From contig DHDH01000001.1 in assembly GCA_002399235.1 (NCBI GenBank), positions 24,594-88,593 on the forward strand: DNA of 64,000 nucleotides, in the 5' to 3' direction. The position numbers and the translations under genes were made by a program. The stretch is from Firmicutes bacterium UBA4881 (GTDB lineage: Bacteria > Bacillota > DTU065). The notes beneath the pieces were generated by a model. It saw nothing but the letters and a program-made list of their open reading frames with translations, had not been told where the DNA came from and ran no database searches. Positions within the stretch are counted from its first letter, which is position 1. Each line of letters begins with the position of its first letter. Of the stretch, positions 18,888 through 28,601 are shown one piece after another.

Positions 18888-19910
18888 ATGAGCCATCTAA
18901 AATCAGCTATTATTGGCTGTGGCGGAGTAGCCAGGGTGCATGCTCATGCCATTAACGACAACACAGATGCCCATTTAATGGCAACAGTAGACATTATCGG
19001 TGAAAGAGCAGAAAAATATGCCAGAAAGTATGGTAAAGAGGGTTGCAAAGCTTACACCAACTACAAAGAGATGTTAAAAGATCCCTCCATCGATGTAGTG
19101 CATGTTTGTGCACCTCATTACTTACATGCTCCTATGGTGATTGATGCTTTAGAAGCAGGCAAAAATGTTATCACAGAGAAACCTTTGGCCATTAGCGTAG
19201 AGCAAGCCGAGGCTATGATTGCTGCTGGTAAAAAGAGTGACAAGAATTTTGGCGTTATCTTACAAAATCGTTATAACCTAGCCAGTCAAGAAGCTAAAAA
19301 AGTTATTGATGCGGGTAAATTAGGCAAAATTCTTGGCGCTAGAGCATTTGTTACTTGGTATCGTACTAAGGAGTATTATTTAGAAAGTAATTGGAAAGGT
19401 ACCTGGGATAAAGAAGGTGGCGGAGTCTTAATAGATCAAGCCATTCATACTATAGATTTGATGCAATGGCTTGTTGGCGAAGTGGAATGGGTACAAGGTA
19501 CTTGCCACAATAGATTCCACCCTTACATTGAAGTAGAAGATGTTGCCGAAGCTATGTTCCAATTTAAAAACGGTGCTCGCGGTGTTTTATTCGCAACTAA
19601 CTACTACACCTATGATTCTAACATTATTTTGGAGATTCATGGTGAAAATGGCAAAATATTTATTGAAAAAGACATGGCGAGAATTGAAATTGGCGATGAA
19701 GCTTATACTGTAAAAGAAGATCAACAGGTTAAAGAAGGTAAATCCTATTGGGGTTCTAGCCATTCAACACAGATCGCTGAATTCTATAAAGATGTTGCGA
19801 GTGGTAAGAGACACTGGATAAGTGGTGAAGAAGCCAAGAAAGTTCTCGATATTGTTTTGGGAATTTATCGTTCGGAAGGGAAAAGAGTAGAGCTTCCTTT
19901 AAAATCATAA
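18888..19910 (+). CDS. Gfo/Idh/MocA family oxidoreductase
   Basis: N-terminal Rossmann motif AIIGCGGVARVHAHA and a conserved EKP motif (VITEKPLA). Start ATG 18888 after GGAAGGAGAAA; the upstream ATG 18831 lacks an RBS. Confidence 0.8.
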   Translation: MSHLKSAIIGCGGVARVHAHAINDNTDAHLMATVDIIGERAEKYARKYGKEGCKAYTNYKEMLKDPSIDVVHVCAPHYLHAPMVIDALEAGKNVITEKPLAISVEQAEAMIAAGKKSDKNFGVILQNRYNLASQEAKKVIDAGKLGKILGARAFVTWYRTKEYYLESNWKGTWDKEGGGVLIDQAIHTIDLMQWLVGEVEWVQGTCHNRFHPYIEVEDVAEAMFQFKNGARGVLFATNYYTYDSNIILEIHGENGKIFIEKDMARIEIGDEAYTVKEDQQVKEGKSYWGSSHSTQIAEFYKDVASGKRHWISGEEAKKVLDIVLGIYRSEGKRVELPLKS

Positions 19911-19998
19911 TAATTAAAGCTGCTCAAATTGAGCAGCTTCTTCTTTGCCTTCTACCTAGAAATTGGTAAAATAGAAACAAGATAGGAGTGAGCATCTA

Positions 19999-20568
19999 TT
20001 GCAAGACAAACAATTTTGGCCTGATTATAAATCGGCATTTTTTCCGGTCTCGATTGTGGTAGTTAGTGTAGATGGCCCTATTAGACCAAACCTTATTACC
20101 CTAGGTTGGGCAGGAATTCTTAATTCGGATCCTTTAATGGTGGGTATTTCAGTTAGACCATCACGTTTTAGCAATCAGTTATTACATCAACAGATGGCTT
20201 TTGGCCTCAATATCCCACAAGAGAGCCAGGCCTCAGGTGTTGATTACTGTGGTGTAGTGTCAGGTAAGGATATAGATAAATTTACTGCTACAGGTTGGCA
20301 TTCAGTTAGAAGTCAGATCCTTGAGGTACCTTTAATCAAAGAATTCCCAGTTAATGCCGAGTGCCAAATAAAACAAATCATTCCTCTAGGAACCCATGAA
20401 CTATTTTTAGCCGAAGTTAAAGGTATCTATGTTAATAACGAGTATATCGCCGAGAACTCGATTGATTGGACTAAGGTCCAGGGGTTAACTTATACGGCAA
20501 AAAAATATTGGTCAGTAAAAGAGCCTGTCTATAAATCAGGGCAATCATTGAAGGAGCTAAAGAAATGA
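19999..20568 (+). CDS. flavin reductase-like (FMN-binding split-barrel) protein
   Basis: TTG start after AGGAGTG. Sequence pattern of the flavin reductase domain (VSIVVVS.. GPIRPNLITLGWAG). Confidence 0.55.
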   Translation: MQDKQFWPDYKSAFFPVSIVVVSVDGPIRPNLITLGWAGILNSDPLMVGISVRPSRFSNQLLHQQMAFGLNIPQESQASGVDYCGVVSGKDIDKFTATGWHSVRSQILEVPLIKEFPVNAECQIKQIIPLGTHELFLAEVKGIYVNNEYIAENSIDWTKVQGLTYTAKKYWSVKEPVYKSGQSLKELKK

Positions 20569-21371
20569 AAGTAGATTACCATATGCACACAACACGATGC
20601 GGCCATGCGGTTGGCACCATGGATGAATATGTTAGGCAAGCAATTAAATTGGGTCTTCCCGAGATCGGATTTTCCGATCACTTACCCCTTAGTCCCGCAC
20701 CTGAAGGAACTTGGTCCTGTGACTGGGCTATGCAAGAGAAGGAATTACCCGAGTATCGAGAGGAAATTGTGAGATTACAAACCAAATACCCACAGATAAC
20801 AATTAAAACTGGTATTGAAGCAGATTACTTCCCGGAAAGTATTGAGAAAACTAAAAGTTTGTTAGCTAATTACCAATGGGATTATGTTTTAGGATCAGTA
20901 CATCACATTGGTCCTTGGCCTATAGACTCTTCTGTGTATCTAGATGAGTTTGACAAAAGAGACCTCTATAAAACGTATGAGATTTATTTTTCTTTGGTTA
21001 TAGCAGCGGCTCAAACAGGTCTATATGATATAATGGCTCACCTAGATGTGATCAAAAAATATGGTCATCGACCTTCGGAAGATTTGTCTTCTTTATATAA
21101 TGATCTGGCTTTAGAGTTGAAGAAAGCCAATGTCGCTGCTGAGCTTAACACTTCGGGTTTTCGAAAAGTAGCCGCAGAGATCTATCCGGCACCTCCTCTT
21201 ATACAAAAACTAGTTGAAGCAGGGGTCCCTTTGACATTAGGTTCAGATAGTCACGCGCCTACAGAGGTAGGTATGGATTTTGCTAAAGCTCTAGAATTAT
21301 TAAATAAATTTGGTGTCAAAGAAATAGCTACGTTTACAGCTCGTAAACGTCAAATGGTTCCACTTAAATAG
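20565..21371 (+). CDS. PHP-family histidinol-phosphatase (HisJ/HisK type)
   Basis: N-terminal DYHMHT..CGHA metal-binding motif and later GFSDH, characteristic of PHP histidinol phosphatases. Overlaps the flavin reductase gene by 4 bp. Confidence 0.7.
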   Translation: MKVDYHMHTTRCGHAVGTMDEYVRQAIKLGLPEIGFSDHLPLSPAPEGTWSCDWAMQEKELPEYREEIVRLQTKYPQITIKTGIEADYFPESIEKTKSLLANYQWDYVLGSVHHIGPWPIDSSVYLDEFDKRDLYKTYEIYFSLVIAAAQTGLYDIMAHLDVIKKYGHRPSEDLSSLYNDLALELKKANVAAELNTSGFRKVAAEIYPAPPLIQKLVEAGVPLTLGSDSHAPTEVGMDFAKALELLNKFGVKEIATFTARKRQMVPLK

Positions 21372-21386
21372 TTATGAGGTGATAGC

Positions 21387-23786
21387 GTGGATGTAGAAGG
21401 TTTTCTCAAAGAAATTACCAATTCACGCCACTATAGAGAGCAAATTCAAACTGTGAAAACTTTACCTACTCAGAGACCAAAGTTTGGAGAGGTAGAGCTA
21501 GGTGAGGTTATTGAGCCTTTATTAAAAAAAGCTAATATAAAGAAACTCTATACTCACCAAGCGACAGCACTAGATAAAGCCAGAAAGGGCGAAAATTTAG
21601 TTGTTGTATCTGGCACAGCCAGTGGTAAGACAATGTGTTATAATTTACCAGTTTTAGAAACTCTTCTCACTACGGACGACACAACAGCCCTTTATATCTA
21701 TCCTACTAAAGCCTTAGCCCAGGATCAGCAGCGAAAAATAAGAGAATTAGCCCCAGAGTTAGAGTTAGGGACCTTTGATGGTGATACACCCCCTAACGAT
21801 CGCAGAAGGCTCCGGGATAGGGGTAGACTGCTTTTAACTAACCCTGACATGCTAAGTGGTTATATTCTCCCACACCATGATTCTTTTGGCCAATTTTTGA
21901 GCAAGTTACGTTATGTAGTAATCGATGAAGTCCACTCCTATCGAGGGGTCTTCGGTTCTCATCTAGCTTTAGTCATTAACCGGTTAAAAAGAATTGCCCA
22001 AAAATATAACACTAAAATTCAATTCATAATGACTAGTGCTACTATCAATAATCCCTTAGAGTTAGCAGAATCACTCATTAAAGAACCTGTTACTTTAATC
22101 GATAATGATGGGGCTCCTAAAGGACGGAAGACCTTTGTTCTTTGGAATCCTCCATGGGATGATAGGGAGGGGCAACGTTTAAGTGCTAATGTGGAGGCTA
22201 ACAGGCTTTTTGTTAAATTAATTAAAGAACGGATTAGAACTATCGCTTTTGTTAAGGCCAGGGTAACTGCTGAACTTTTATACCGTTATGCTGCTGATGA
22301 GCTAAGTAGATTCGGTTTATCACAAATGGTTAAAGCATATAGGGGCGGTTATTTGCCTGAAGATAGAAGGCAGATAGAAGAGGATCTTTTTACAGGTAAA
22401 CTTCTAGGTGTAACCAGCACAAGTGCTTTAGAATTAGGTATTGATGTGGGTGGCTTAGATGCCTGTCTTATTGTAGGCTATCCTGGGTCGGTAGCTTCTA
22501 CTTGGCAACAAGCAGGACGAGCTGGTAGAGGTAAAAACGATTCGTTAGTTATACTTATTGCTAACTCTGATCCTATCGACCAGTTTATCGTACAACACCC
22601 CGATTACTTCTTTGAGCAATCTCCAGAGAGTGCTGTTATAGATCCAGATAACCCTTATATCTTACTTAGTGAGCTTAGAGCTATGGCTTATGAGTTACCC
22701 CTAAGAAAGGATGAAGTTATTAATATTAGTGAAAATGCCCCAGCGGTAACCCAGATACTTACTGAAAGTGGGGAGCTATCCCCAAGGAGGAATCAGTTCT
22801 TTTGGATTGGTAGGGGTTACCCACCCCAGGATATTAATCTAAGAAATATCTCCGAAAACACCTACAGTATAGTGGAAAGAGTCGATAACCAAACTGTAGC
22901 CATAGGGAGTATTGACGAACTGTCTGCTTTCACTCAACTTCACGAAGAAGCAGTTTATATGCATAATGCCGATACTTATTTAGTGAGAGAACTTGATTTA
23001 AAAGGTAAAATAGCCTATGTAGAAAGAGCTGATGTAGATTACTTCACCCAGTCTATAACTGAAAGAAGAGTCTTGGTAAAAGAAGAGCGCTTAAACCGCA
23101 ATTATCAAGAAGCACGTCTAGCTTTTGGTGAACTAGATGTTACTTTTATTACCTATATGTTTCGTAAGATTAAATTTTATACCAAAGACTCTTTTGGTTT
23201 TGGTAGTATAAAGTTACCACCATCAACTTTAGAAACCTGTGGTATCTGGTTAGAGCTACCTTCTAAAGTAGTAGGTGATGTAATTAAATATGGCAAAGAT
23301 CCCCGTGAAGGACTTTTAGGCATTGGCAATGTCCTATCGTCTTTAATGCCACTTTATATTCTTTCTGATCCTGGTGATGTAGGTTCGGCTGTTGATAGTG
23401 CTAACACAGGTAAACCTGTCCTCTTCCTTTTTGATCGTTTTCCAGGTGGAATTGGTATCACAGAGAAAGCTTTCCCTTTAATCGAAGAACTATTAGAAAA
23501 AGCTTTAAATCTTATCAAAGCTTGTAACTGCGAACGTGGCTGTCCATCTTGTGTAGGAGCACCGCGAACCAGAGAAGATCTTCTCGATCCAGACTCTTCA
23601 CCACGAGGAAAACTTCCTGATAAGGATACGGCGCTAATAATTTTGCATAGTTTATTAGGCCTTGAAGAGTATATACCCCAAAGTGTTGAAGAAGAAGAGA
23701 TAGTTTGGCAGGTTAAGCCATTACCTGAGAATACAGAAAATAGATTAAGACAGATGATAGGTAAAATAAAAGAGAAAGGGCGATAA
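21387..23786 (+). CDS. mrfA: DEAD/DEAH-box helicase with C-terminal DUF1998/MZB zinc-binding domain (MrfA/YprA-like)
   Basis: Motif I GTASGKT, DEVH (VIDEVHSY), helicase-C motifs (QQAGRAGRG), and a C-terminal four-Cys cluster CNCERGCPSCV. Confidence 0.75.
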   Translation: MDVEGFLKEITNSRHYREQIQTVKTLPTQRPKFGEVELGEVIEPLLKKANIKKLYTHQATALDKARKGENLVVVSGTASGKTMCYNLPVLETLLTTDDTTALYIYPTKALAQDQQRKIRELAPELELGTFDGDTPPNDRRRLRDRGRLLLTNPDMLSGYILPHHDSFGQFLSKLRYVVIDEVHSYRGVFGSHLALVINRLKRIAQKYNTKIQFIMTSATINNPLELAESLIKEPVTLIDNDGAPKGRKTFVLWNPPWDDREGQRLSANVEANRLFVKLIKERIRTIAFVKARVTAELLYRYAADELSRFGLSQMVKAYRGGYLPEDRRQIEEDLFTGKLLGVTSTSALELGIDVGGLDACLIVGYPGSVASTWQQAGRAGRGKNDSLVILIANSDPIDQFIVQHPDYFFEQSPESAVIDPDNPYILLSELRAMAYELPLRKDEVINISENAPAVTQILTESGELSPRRNQFFWIGRGYPPQDINLRNISENTYSIVERVDNQTVAIGSIDELSAFTQLHEEAVYMHNADTYLVRELDLKGKIAYVERADVDYFTQSITERRVLVKEERLNRNYQEARLAFGELDVTFITYMFRKIKFYTKDSFGFGSIKLPPSTLETCGIWLELPSKVVGDVIKYGKDPREGLLGIGNVLSSLMPLYILSDPGDVGSAVDSANTGKPVLFLFDRFPGGIGITEKAFPLIEELLEKALNLIKACNCERGCPSCVGAPRTREDLLDPDSSPRGKLPDKDTALIILHSLLGLEEYIPQSVEEEEIVWQVKPLPENTENRLRQMIGKIKEKGR

Positions 23787-23789
23787 TAA

Positions 23790-24149
23790 ATGACTAGAGA
23801 AGATATTATTAACAAAGCTAAAGAGATTAACCTAGTTCTTAAACTAAGTGATGAGTATCTTGCCTATCAAAAAGCTGCTAAGGAAATAGAAGAACATGCA
23901 GCGGCAGGTATTATGTTAAACGATTTTCGTAAGAAGCAAATGGAGATTCAAAGGAAGGCGCTTGAAGGTGAGGATGTCGAAGCATATTTAGGTGAACTTC
24001 GTAAACTATGGGATGTTGTTAGCATGAATCCTTATGTACGTAATGTTATCGAAGCTGAGTTAGCTTTTGGACAACTTTATAGCGAGGTAATGCAGGAAGT
24101 AGTCCGGGACATCGATCTACTAGCAAGTGAGAAACCGCAGGAAAATTAA
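23790..24149 (+). CDS. YlbF/YmcA-like (UPF0342) protein
   Basis: 119-aa helical protein with the family's length and register (..LNDFRKKQMEIQRKA..). Recognised from memory. Confidence 0.4.
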   Translation: MTREDIINKAKEINLVLKLSDEYLAYQKAAKEIEEHAAAGIMLNDFRKKQMEIQRKALEGEDVEAYLGELRKLWDVVSMNPYVRNVIEAELAFGQLYSEVMQEVVRDIDLLASEKPQEN

Positions 24150-24161
24150 AGGGGTTTTAGA

Positions 24162-24644
24162 ATGAAATTAGGTCAAAATGTGCATAAAGCTGAGAGTGCA
24201 GTTATTGCTGGCGAGGTTACACTAGGGAATAATGTAAATGTTTGGTACAATGCAGTTATTCGAGCTGATATTGCACCTATCTATATCGATTGCGATACTA
24301 ACATCCAGGAGAACGCGATTTTACATGTAACCAAAGATTTACCATTAAAACTAGGTAAAAGGGTAACTGTAGGCCATGGTGCTATTCTACACAGTTGCCT
24401 CATCGAAGATGATGTTTTAATTGGTATGGGAGCAATTGTCCTTGATGGAGCTCAGATAGGTTCAGGCTCAATGATCGGCGCAGGAGCTTTAGTTGGTCCT
24501 GGGAAGGTAATACCACCAAACTCATTGGTAGTTGGTGTTCCTGGTAAAGTAGTGCGAGAACTTACCGAGGAAGAACAAAGGTCGAAGGCCGAGAATATTG
24601 CAGAGTATCTCTTGCTTGCCAAATCATTACCTAGTATCGACTAA
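24162..24644 (+). CDS. gamma-carbonic-anhydrase-like hexapeptide-repeat protein (YrdA/PaaY family)
   Basis: Left-handed β-helix hexapeptide repeats and the motif ADIAPIYID..ENAILHV..GHGAILHSC. Confidence 0.75.
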   Translation: MKLGQNVHKAESAVIAGEVTLGNNVNVWYNAVIRADIAPIYIDCDTNIQENAILHVTKDLPLKLGKRVTVGHGAILHSCLIEDDVLIGMGAIVLDGAQIGSGSMIGAGALVGPGKVIPPNSLVVGVPGKVVRELTEEEQRSKAENIAEYLLLAKSLPSID

Positions 24645-24686
24645 ATAGAGGTCTATTTAGGGAGGCAGAAAGAAATTAACGTTAGA

Positions 24687-24720
24687 AGGCTACTGACAAC
24701 GATCAGTAGCCTTTCTTATT
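24687..24720. terminator. stem-loop between convergent genes
   Basis: AGGCTACTGA-CAACGA-TCAGTAGCCT followed by TTCTTATT on the plus strand. It sits over the stop of the minus-strand gene. Confidence 0.5.
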
Positions 24721-25432
24721 CACAGATTATTGGTAGGTAATTATTTTCTGGCTCTAAAATAAAGAGCCTACCAAGTAACTTAATCTGAACTTGAAAATTA
24801 GGGAATAACCTAGCTTTAGTGGCTAAGATGGTTTGCTCATTTTCTTCTGGAGAAAGACCTGCTTTAGCTAAAGCGTGTTTAAAATTGGTCAGTTGTTGCT
24901 TACTTTCTCTTAACCACTCAGCATCTAATTCAATATTAGCTTGGATGTGATACAGGGCTAAATTTAGAGCTTCTTTATACGAGATTTTTTTCTTTACTAC
25001 AGGACCAGGGTCTGCAGCTAAATAGTTTCCCAGTTTAGCTTGTGAAACAGTACCCGAAATTAAATTAATGAGTAAAGAAAAATGCAAACGTGGTGCTTTT
25101 GGTTGAGGAGAGATAAGTTGCAACCAAAGATAAAGATAAGGAATATAACTTTCCCTAGTTTGGTTCTGAGGTTTGGGGTCTGGTATTTTCTTGACATAGG
25201 CTGTTGTGAAAGCTCCTTTGGCTAGACAAGAATCTAAGACTTGGTAAAAGAAATTAGTGCCAGGGTAAAAACCGATGGTGCCTTCGTTAAGTTCGGCTTC
25301 TTTTAGAGTATAACTAGTTTCGTTAGATTGATCATTGTGCGACCACTGAGCTATAACCAGATTACCCTCTTTTTTGTACTTATATTGCAAATAATCTAGG
25401 TAATCTAAAAAAAACTGTTGGTACTTTTCCAT
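24716..25432 (-). CDS. hypothetical protein coupled to the SNF2 helicase (YqhG-like position)
   Basis: No recognisable domain. Its start overlaps the helicase stop by 1 bp. Confidence 0.5.
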   Translation of the reverse strand: MEKYQQFFLDYLDYLQYKYKKEGNLVIAQWSHNDQSNETSYTLKEAELNEGTIGFYPGTNFFYQVLDSCLAKGAFTTAYVKKIPDPKPQNQTRESYIPYLYLWLQLISPQPKAPRLHFSLLINLISGTVSQAKLGNYLAADPGPVVKKKISYKEALNLALYHIQANIELDAEWLRESKQQLTNFKHALAKAGLSPEENEQTILATKARLFPNFQVQIKLLGRLFILEPENNYLPIICE

Positions 25433-27090
25433 TAGCTAGTTAACTCCTTTTCCATGGGTGGGAGTAGTAGTTCAGAGATAATATATTGAGTGAGATCTTC
25501 GCCTAAACACTCTTCATCTAAAGAGAAAACATCGGTGAAGATCTGGAGTTTTTTATACAAGAGTTCCAAGATTCTTTCCTCTATGGTGTCTTTAGTAAAT
25601 AGATTAAGGACTTCTACTGGTTCTGTTTGGCCTAAACGATGAACTCTACCAATTCTTTGTTCTAATTTCATAGGATTCCAGGGTAGATCATAGTTAATAA
25701 TTCGGTGACAAAATTGTAAGTTGAGTCCTTCACCGCCAGCTTCGGTTGCTAATAGTACTTGAGCATCTCTCCTAAAACGTTCTCTAGCCCATTCTTTGCG
25801 CGAAGAAGATAACGAGCCATCGTAAGTTACAAAACGAATATTTCGTTTAGCTAGTTCGTTAGCTAAGAACTTTTGGGTTGCTACATATTCTGTGAAGACT
25901 ACGATTTTGTCTGGACATGTACTTAACTTATTAAGAAGAAAACGGGTTTTAGCATTGGTTTTTACTGAAACACCCAGCTGAACAATTTCACCTAAAAGGG
26001 GGTCTTCTGACTCACTTAGCAACTTTTCTAAGGTTAGTAGAGCGGCAAAAACGCTAGAGCAAAGTTCTTTTTGCAGAGTAACTAAAAGTAGTTGATTTTG
26101 GTGTTTTCTTTGTAAGGACAGTTTTATGTATTCGGAAAGGGCTTGGTATAAGAGCCTTTCCGAATCCTCTTGTTCACACCCAGCATGGGTTACTTGGCGG
26201 GGAGGAAGCTCTAATAGAGCTTCTTTACGTGTAGTGCGAATTAAAAATGGTTTTAAAGCTTTTTTTACAGAATCAAGGTTAGGGTTATCACCTAAAGCAT
26301 ACCGATGCGAAAAATCCTCTAAAGAACCTAATACCCCAGGTGCAATTAACTGTACTAAATTAAAAAGTTCTCTTAAGTTGTTTTGCATAGGTGTAGCAGT
26401 AATTAATAGTAGATGGCGTTTTTTTAATTGAGAGATAAATTTGTAAGCTTGCGTTTTATTGTTTTTTAAGTGATGAGCTTCATCAACAATAACCATATCC
26501 CAAGAAACTTCTTTGATTAAAGAAGCATGAGGCTCTTTTTTGGCTGTAGCTAGACTAGCTATAAGTAAAAAACTATTTTGCCAATCAAGTAAGGTCCGTT
26601 GTCTATAAACCTGTAGGCTAAGCTTCTGGCGTAGTTCCCATTCCCATTGCCTAGTTAAAGAAGCTGGTGTAAGGATTAAAACTTTATTTAATAAACCTCT
26701 CTCTAAGTATTCTCTAAGAATTAAACCTGCTTCAATTGTTTTACCTAAACCTACTTCGTCGGCAATTATAGCTTGACCATTCATTTCTTCAATTACGCGG
26801 CGTACACATTCAATTTGGTGAGTGTAAGGGATTAATCCTAAACGTTTAAAGTTTTCTTGCAGACGAGTTAAGGAAAATAAGTCAAAATCGTTGTTGGTTG
26901 TTTCTAACAAGACATTTAAAGCTTTATATGCTAAAAGAAATAAGTTAAAGTCCTTGTTTTGTTTACTGTAGCGCAAGCCTACACTGGCTGCATCCAGATC
27001 AAGTTTTAGTTCTAAATCATCATTAGCTAAGGTGAGAAATCTAGGTTCTCTTAAGCCATCGCCAGGCATAATATAGCGAATTTTAGCCAA
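25432..27090 (-). CDS. SNF2/RAD54-family helicase (compact, YqhH-like)
   Basis: SNF2 motifs: ADEVGLGKT (I), VIVDEAHHLKN (II), helicase-C QRIGRVHRLGQT (VI). 552 aa. Confidence 0.8.
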   Translation of the reverse strand: MAKIRYIMPGDGLREPRFLTLANDDLELKLDLDAASVGLRYSKQNKDFNLFLLAYKALNVLLETTNNDFDLFSLTRLQENFKRLGLIPYTHQIECVRRVIEEMNGQAIIADEVGLGKTIEAGLILREYLERGLLNKVLILTPASLTRQWEWELRQKLSLQVYRQRTLLDWQNSFLLIASLATAKKEPHASLIKEVSWDMVIVDEAHHLKNNKTQAYKFISQLKKRHLLLITATPMQNNLRELFNLVQLIAPGVLGSLEDFSHRYALGDNPNLDSVKKALKPFLIRTTRKEALLELPPRQVTHAGCEQEDSERLLYQALSEYIKLSLQRKHQNQLLLVTLQKELCSSVFAALLTLEKLLSESEDPLLGEIVQLGVSVKTNAKTRFLLNKLSTCPDKIVVFTEYVATQKFLANELAKRNIRFVTYDGSLSSSRKEWARERFRRDAQVLLATEAGGEGLNLQFCHRIINYDLPWNPMKLEQRIGRVHRLGQTEPVEVLNLFTKDTIEERILELLYKKLQIFTDVFSLDEECLGEDLTQYIISELLLPPMEKELTS

Positions 27091-27243
27091 ATAAATTCCC
27101 CGTTTCTTTTTTGTTAGGATAGCCTTTTTTGTTAGAAATCAATCAATTGGCATTATTTTCACTCTCTGAAAAATTATAAGAAGGAAAAGTAAAGTTAATG
27201 AAAGAATAGCAATATTAATGGGAATTCTGTTAAAACAGAAAGG

Positions 27244-28536
27244 GTGAATGTAGTGAGTAAAAGGATGTGGTTATTTTTCGTTGTTGTGCTTGTTAGTATA
27301 ACAACAGTAGCGGCTCCGCTAACCATGTGGGTAACTGGTTATTCTAACGAAGAGAAGAGAATTCTTAACGAAATTATCGCTGACAGCTTTACCAAAAAGA
27401 CTGGAATTGAAGTAAGTATAACCAATCTTTCTTGGAACGATTACGAAAAGAAGTATCTTCTAGCTGCTGCGACTGGGGATGGTCCGGATGTAGCACATAT
27501 GGGAGCAATTGTAGCTCCACAGCTAGGTGTTAGAGGAGCCTTAGAAGATCTCACTCAATATCCTAATTATACTAATTTAGAGAAGAATACTTTCCCCGGA
27601 CTTTTAAAGGGATGGCGTTATAAATCAGTTTCATATGGTGTTCCTTTTGGGACCTACCTTTATCCTATGTTTGTGCGTACAGATATCTTAGCTGAAAATG
27701 GCCTCGGTGTTCCTGATAACTGGGATGAGTTTAGAGCAATAATTCCTAAGTTACAAGCTAAAGGTATGAATGTATCACTCGCTTGGGGACTATCAGGAAA
27801 CATTTACTGTGACGCTTCCATGTTTATGTGGCAAAAGGGAGCCGATTGGTATAATGATTCCTTAACAGCTTCTATGTGGGATAGCCCAGAGGGTATAGCT
27901 GGATTTAGGGAATATATGGAGCTTTATACTAAATACAAAATTGAACAGGAGACCGGAATCTCCCTACGTTCAACTAATTTCCGCACCGGCAAGGTACCTA
28001 TAATCTTTGGTAACATCTATAGCGACTATGGTATCTTTAATCTAACAGCTCCTGAGATCAAAGGTAAGTGGTCTGTGAAAGTAGCACCTGGAGTTAAACG
28101 TGATGGTACTATGCATAGAGATGTTTATGCAGGACCATCAACAATGTCGATATTTAAATCTTCGAAAAAGAAAAACGAAGCTTGGCAACTTCTTCAGTTC
28201 CTTGCTTCAGCTGAGATACAGTCTCAGTATGCCTCTAGAATTATGAATGAGATTCAAGGTATAACTTTTGTTCCAACCGATATAAATGCTTTTAGAGCAT
28301 TACCTATCCCTGAAAAAGATCGTCAAATCATCGAAGAGCAAGCTAAACATGCCAAGACACCACCATTTTCTCTAGCACCTAGAGAGATGGCTTATAGGTT
28401 ACTTGATTTTGCTGCTCACGAAGTTATACAGCAGGGCAAGGATCCTACTGCTGCTATTAAAGACGCTGCGAAGCAGATGACTAGCGAATTACAAAAGAAG
28501 AACAAAGAGTTCAAACGTTTCCTCGATAAGTTATAA
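27244..28536 (+). CDS. ABC transporter solute-binding protein (family-1 carbohydrate-type), orphan
   Basis: Signal peptide. Typical family-1 SBP sequence (..WNDYEKKYLLAAATGDGPDVAHMG..). No adjacent permease or ATPase genes. Confidence 0.7.
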   Translation: MNVVSKRMWLFFVVVLVSITTVAAPLTMWVTGYSNEEKRILNEIIADSFTKKTGIEVSITNLSWNDYEKKYLLAAATGDGPDVAHMGAIVAPQLGVRGALEDLTQYPNYTNLEKNTFPGLLKGWRYKSVSYGVPFGTYLYPMFVRTDILAENGLGVPDNWDEFRAIIPKLQAKGMNVSLAWGLSGNIYCDASMFMWQKGADWYNDSLTASMWDSPEGIAGFREYMELYTKYKIEQETGISLRSTNFRTGKVPIIFGNIYSDYGIFNLTAPEIKGKWSVKVAPGVKRDGTMHRDVYAGPSTMSIFKSSKKKNEAWQLLQFLASAEIQSQYASRIMNEIQGITFVPTDINAFRALPIPEKDRQIIEEQAKHAKTPPFSLAPREMAYRLLDFAAHEVIQQGKDPTAAIKDAAKQMTSELQKKNKEFKRFLDKL

Positions 28537-28548
28537 TAAATAACAAAA

Positions 28549-28575
28549 ATGGGGCCCTTTTTAGGGCCCTTTCTA
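28549..28575 (+). terminator. rho-independent terminator
   Basis: GGGCCC-TTTTTA-GGGCCC followed by TTTCT. Confidence 0.6.
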
Positions 28576-28601
28576 ATCTATAAGAGAAAAGAGGGATCTG
28601 A

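Noticed and set aside
23354-23815. 153-aa minus-strand ORF overlapping the 3' end of mrfA
   Set aside because: Antisense to the Cys-cluster/DUF1998 region of a conserved helicase. Serine/arginine-rich low-complexity product.
21387-27090. DISARM-like defence island (helicase+DUF1998 and SNF2 helicase in one neighbourhood)
   Set aside because: The helicase/DUF1998 protein matches the single-polypeptide MrfA/YprA repair helicase. It is followed by ylbF-like and γ-CA housekeeping genes. The SNF2 gene is convergent on it, not co-oriented. No PLD nuclease or methyltransferase is present.
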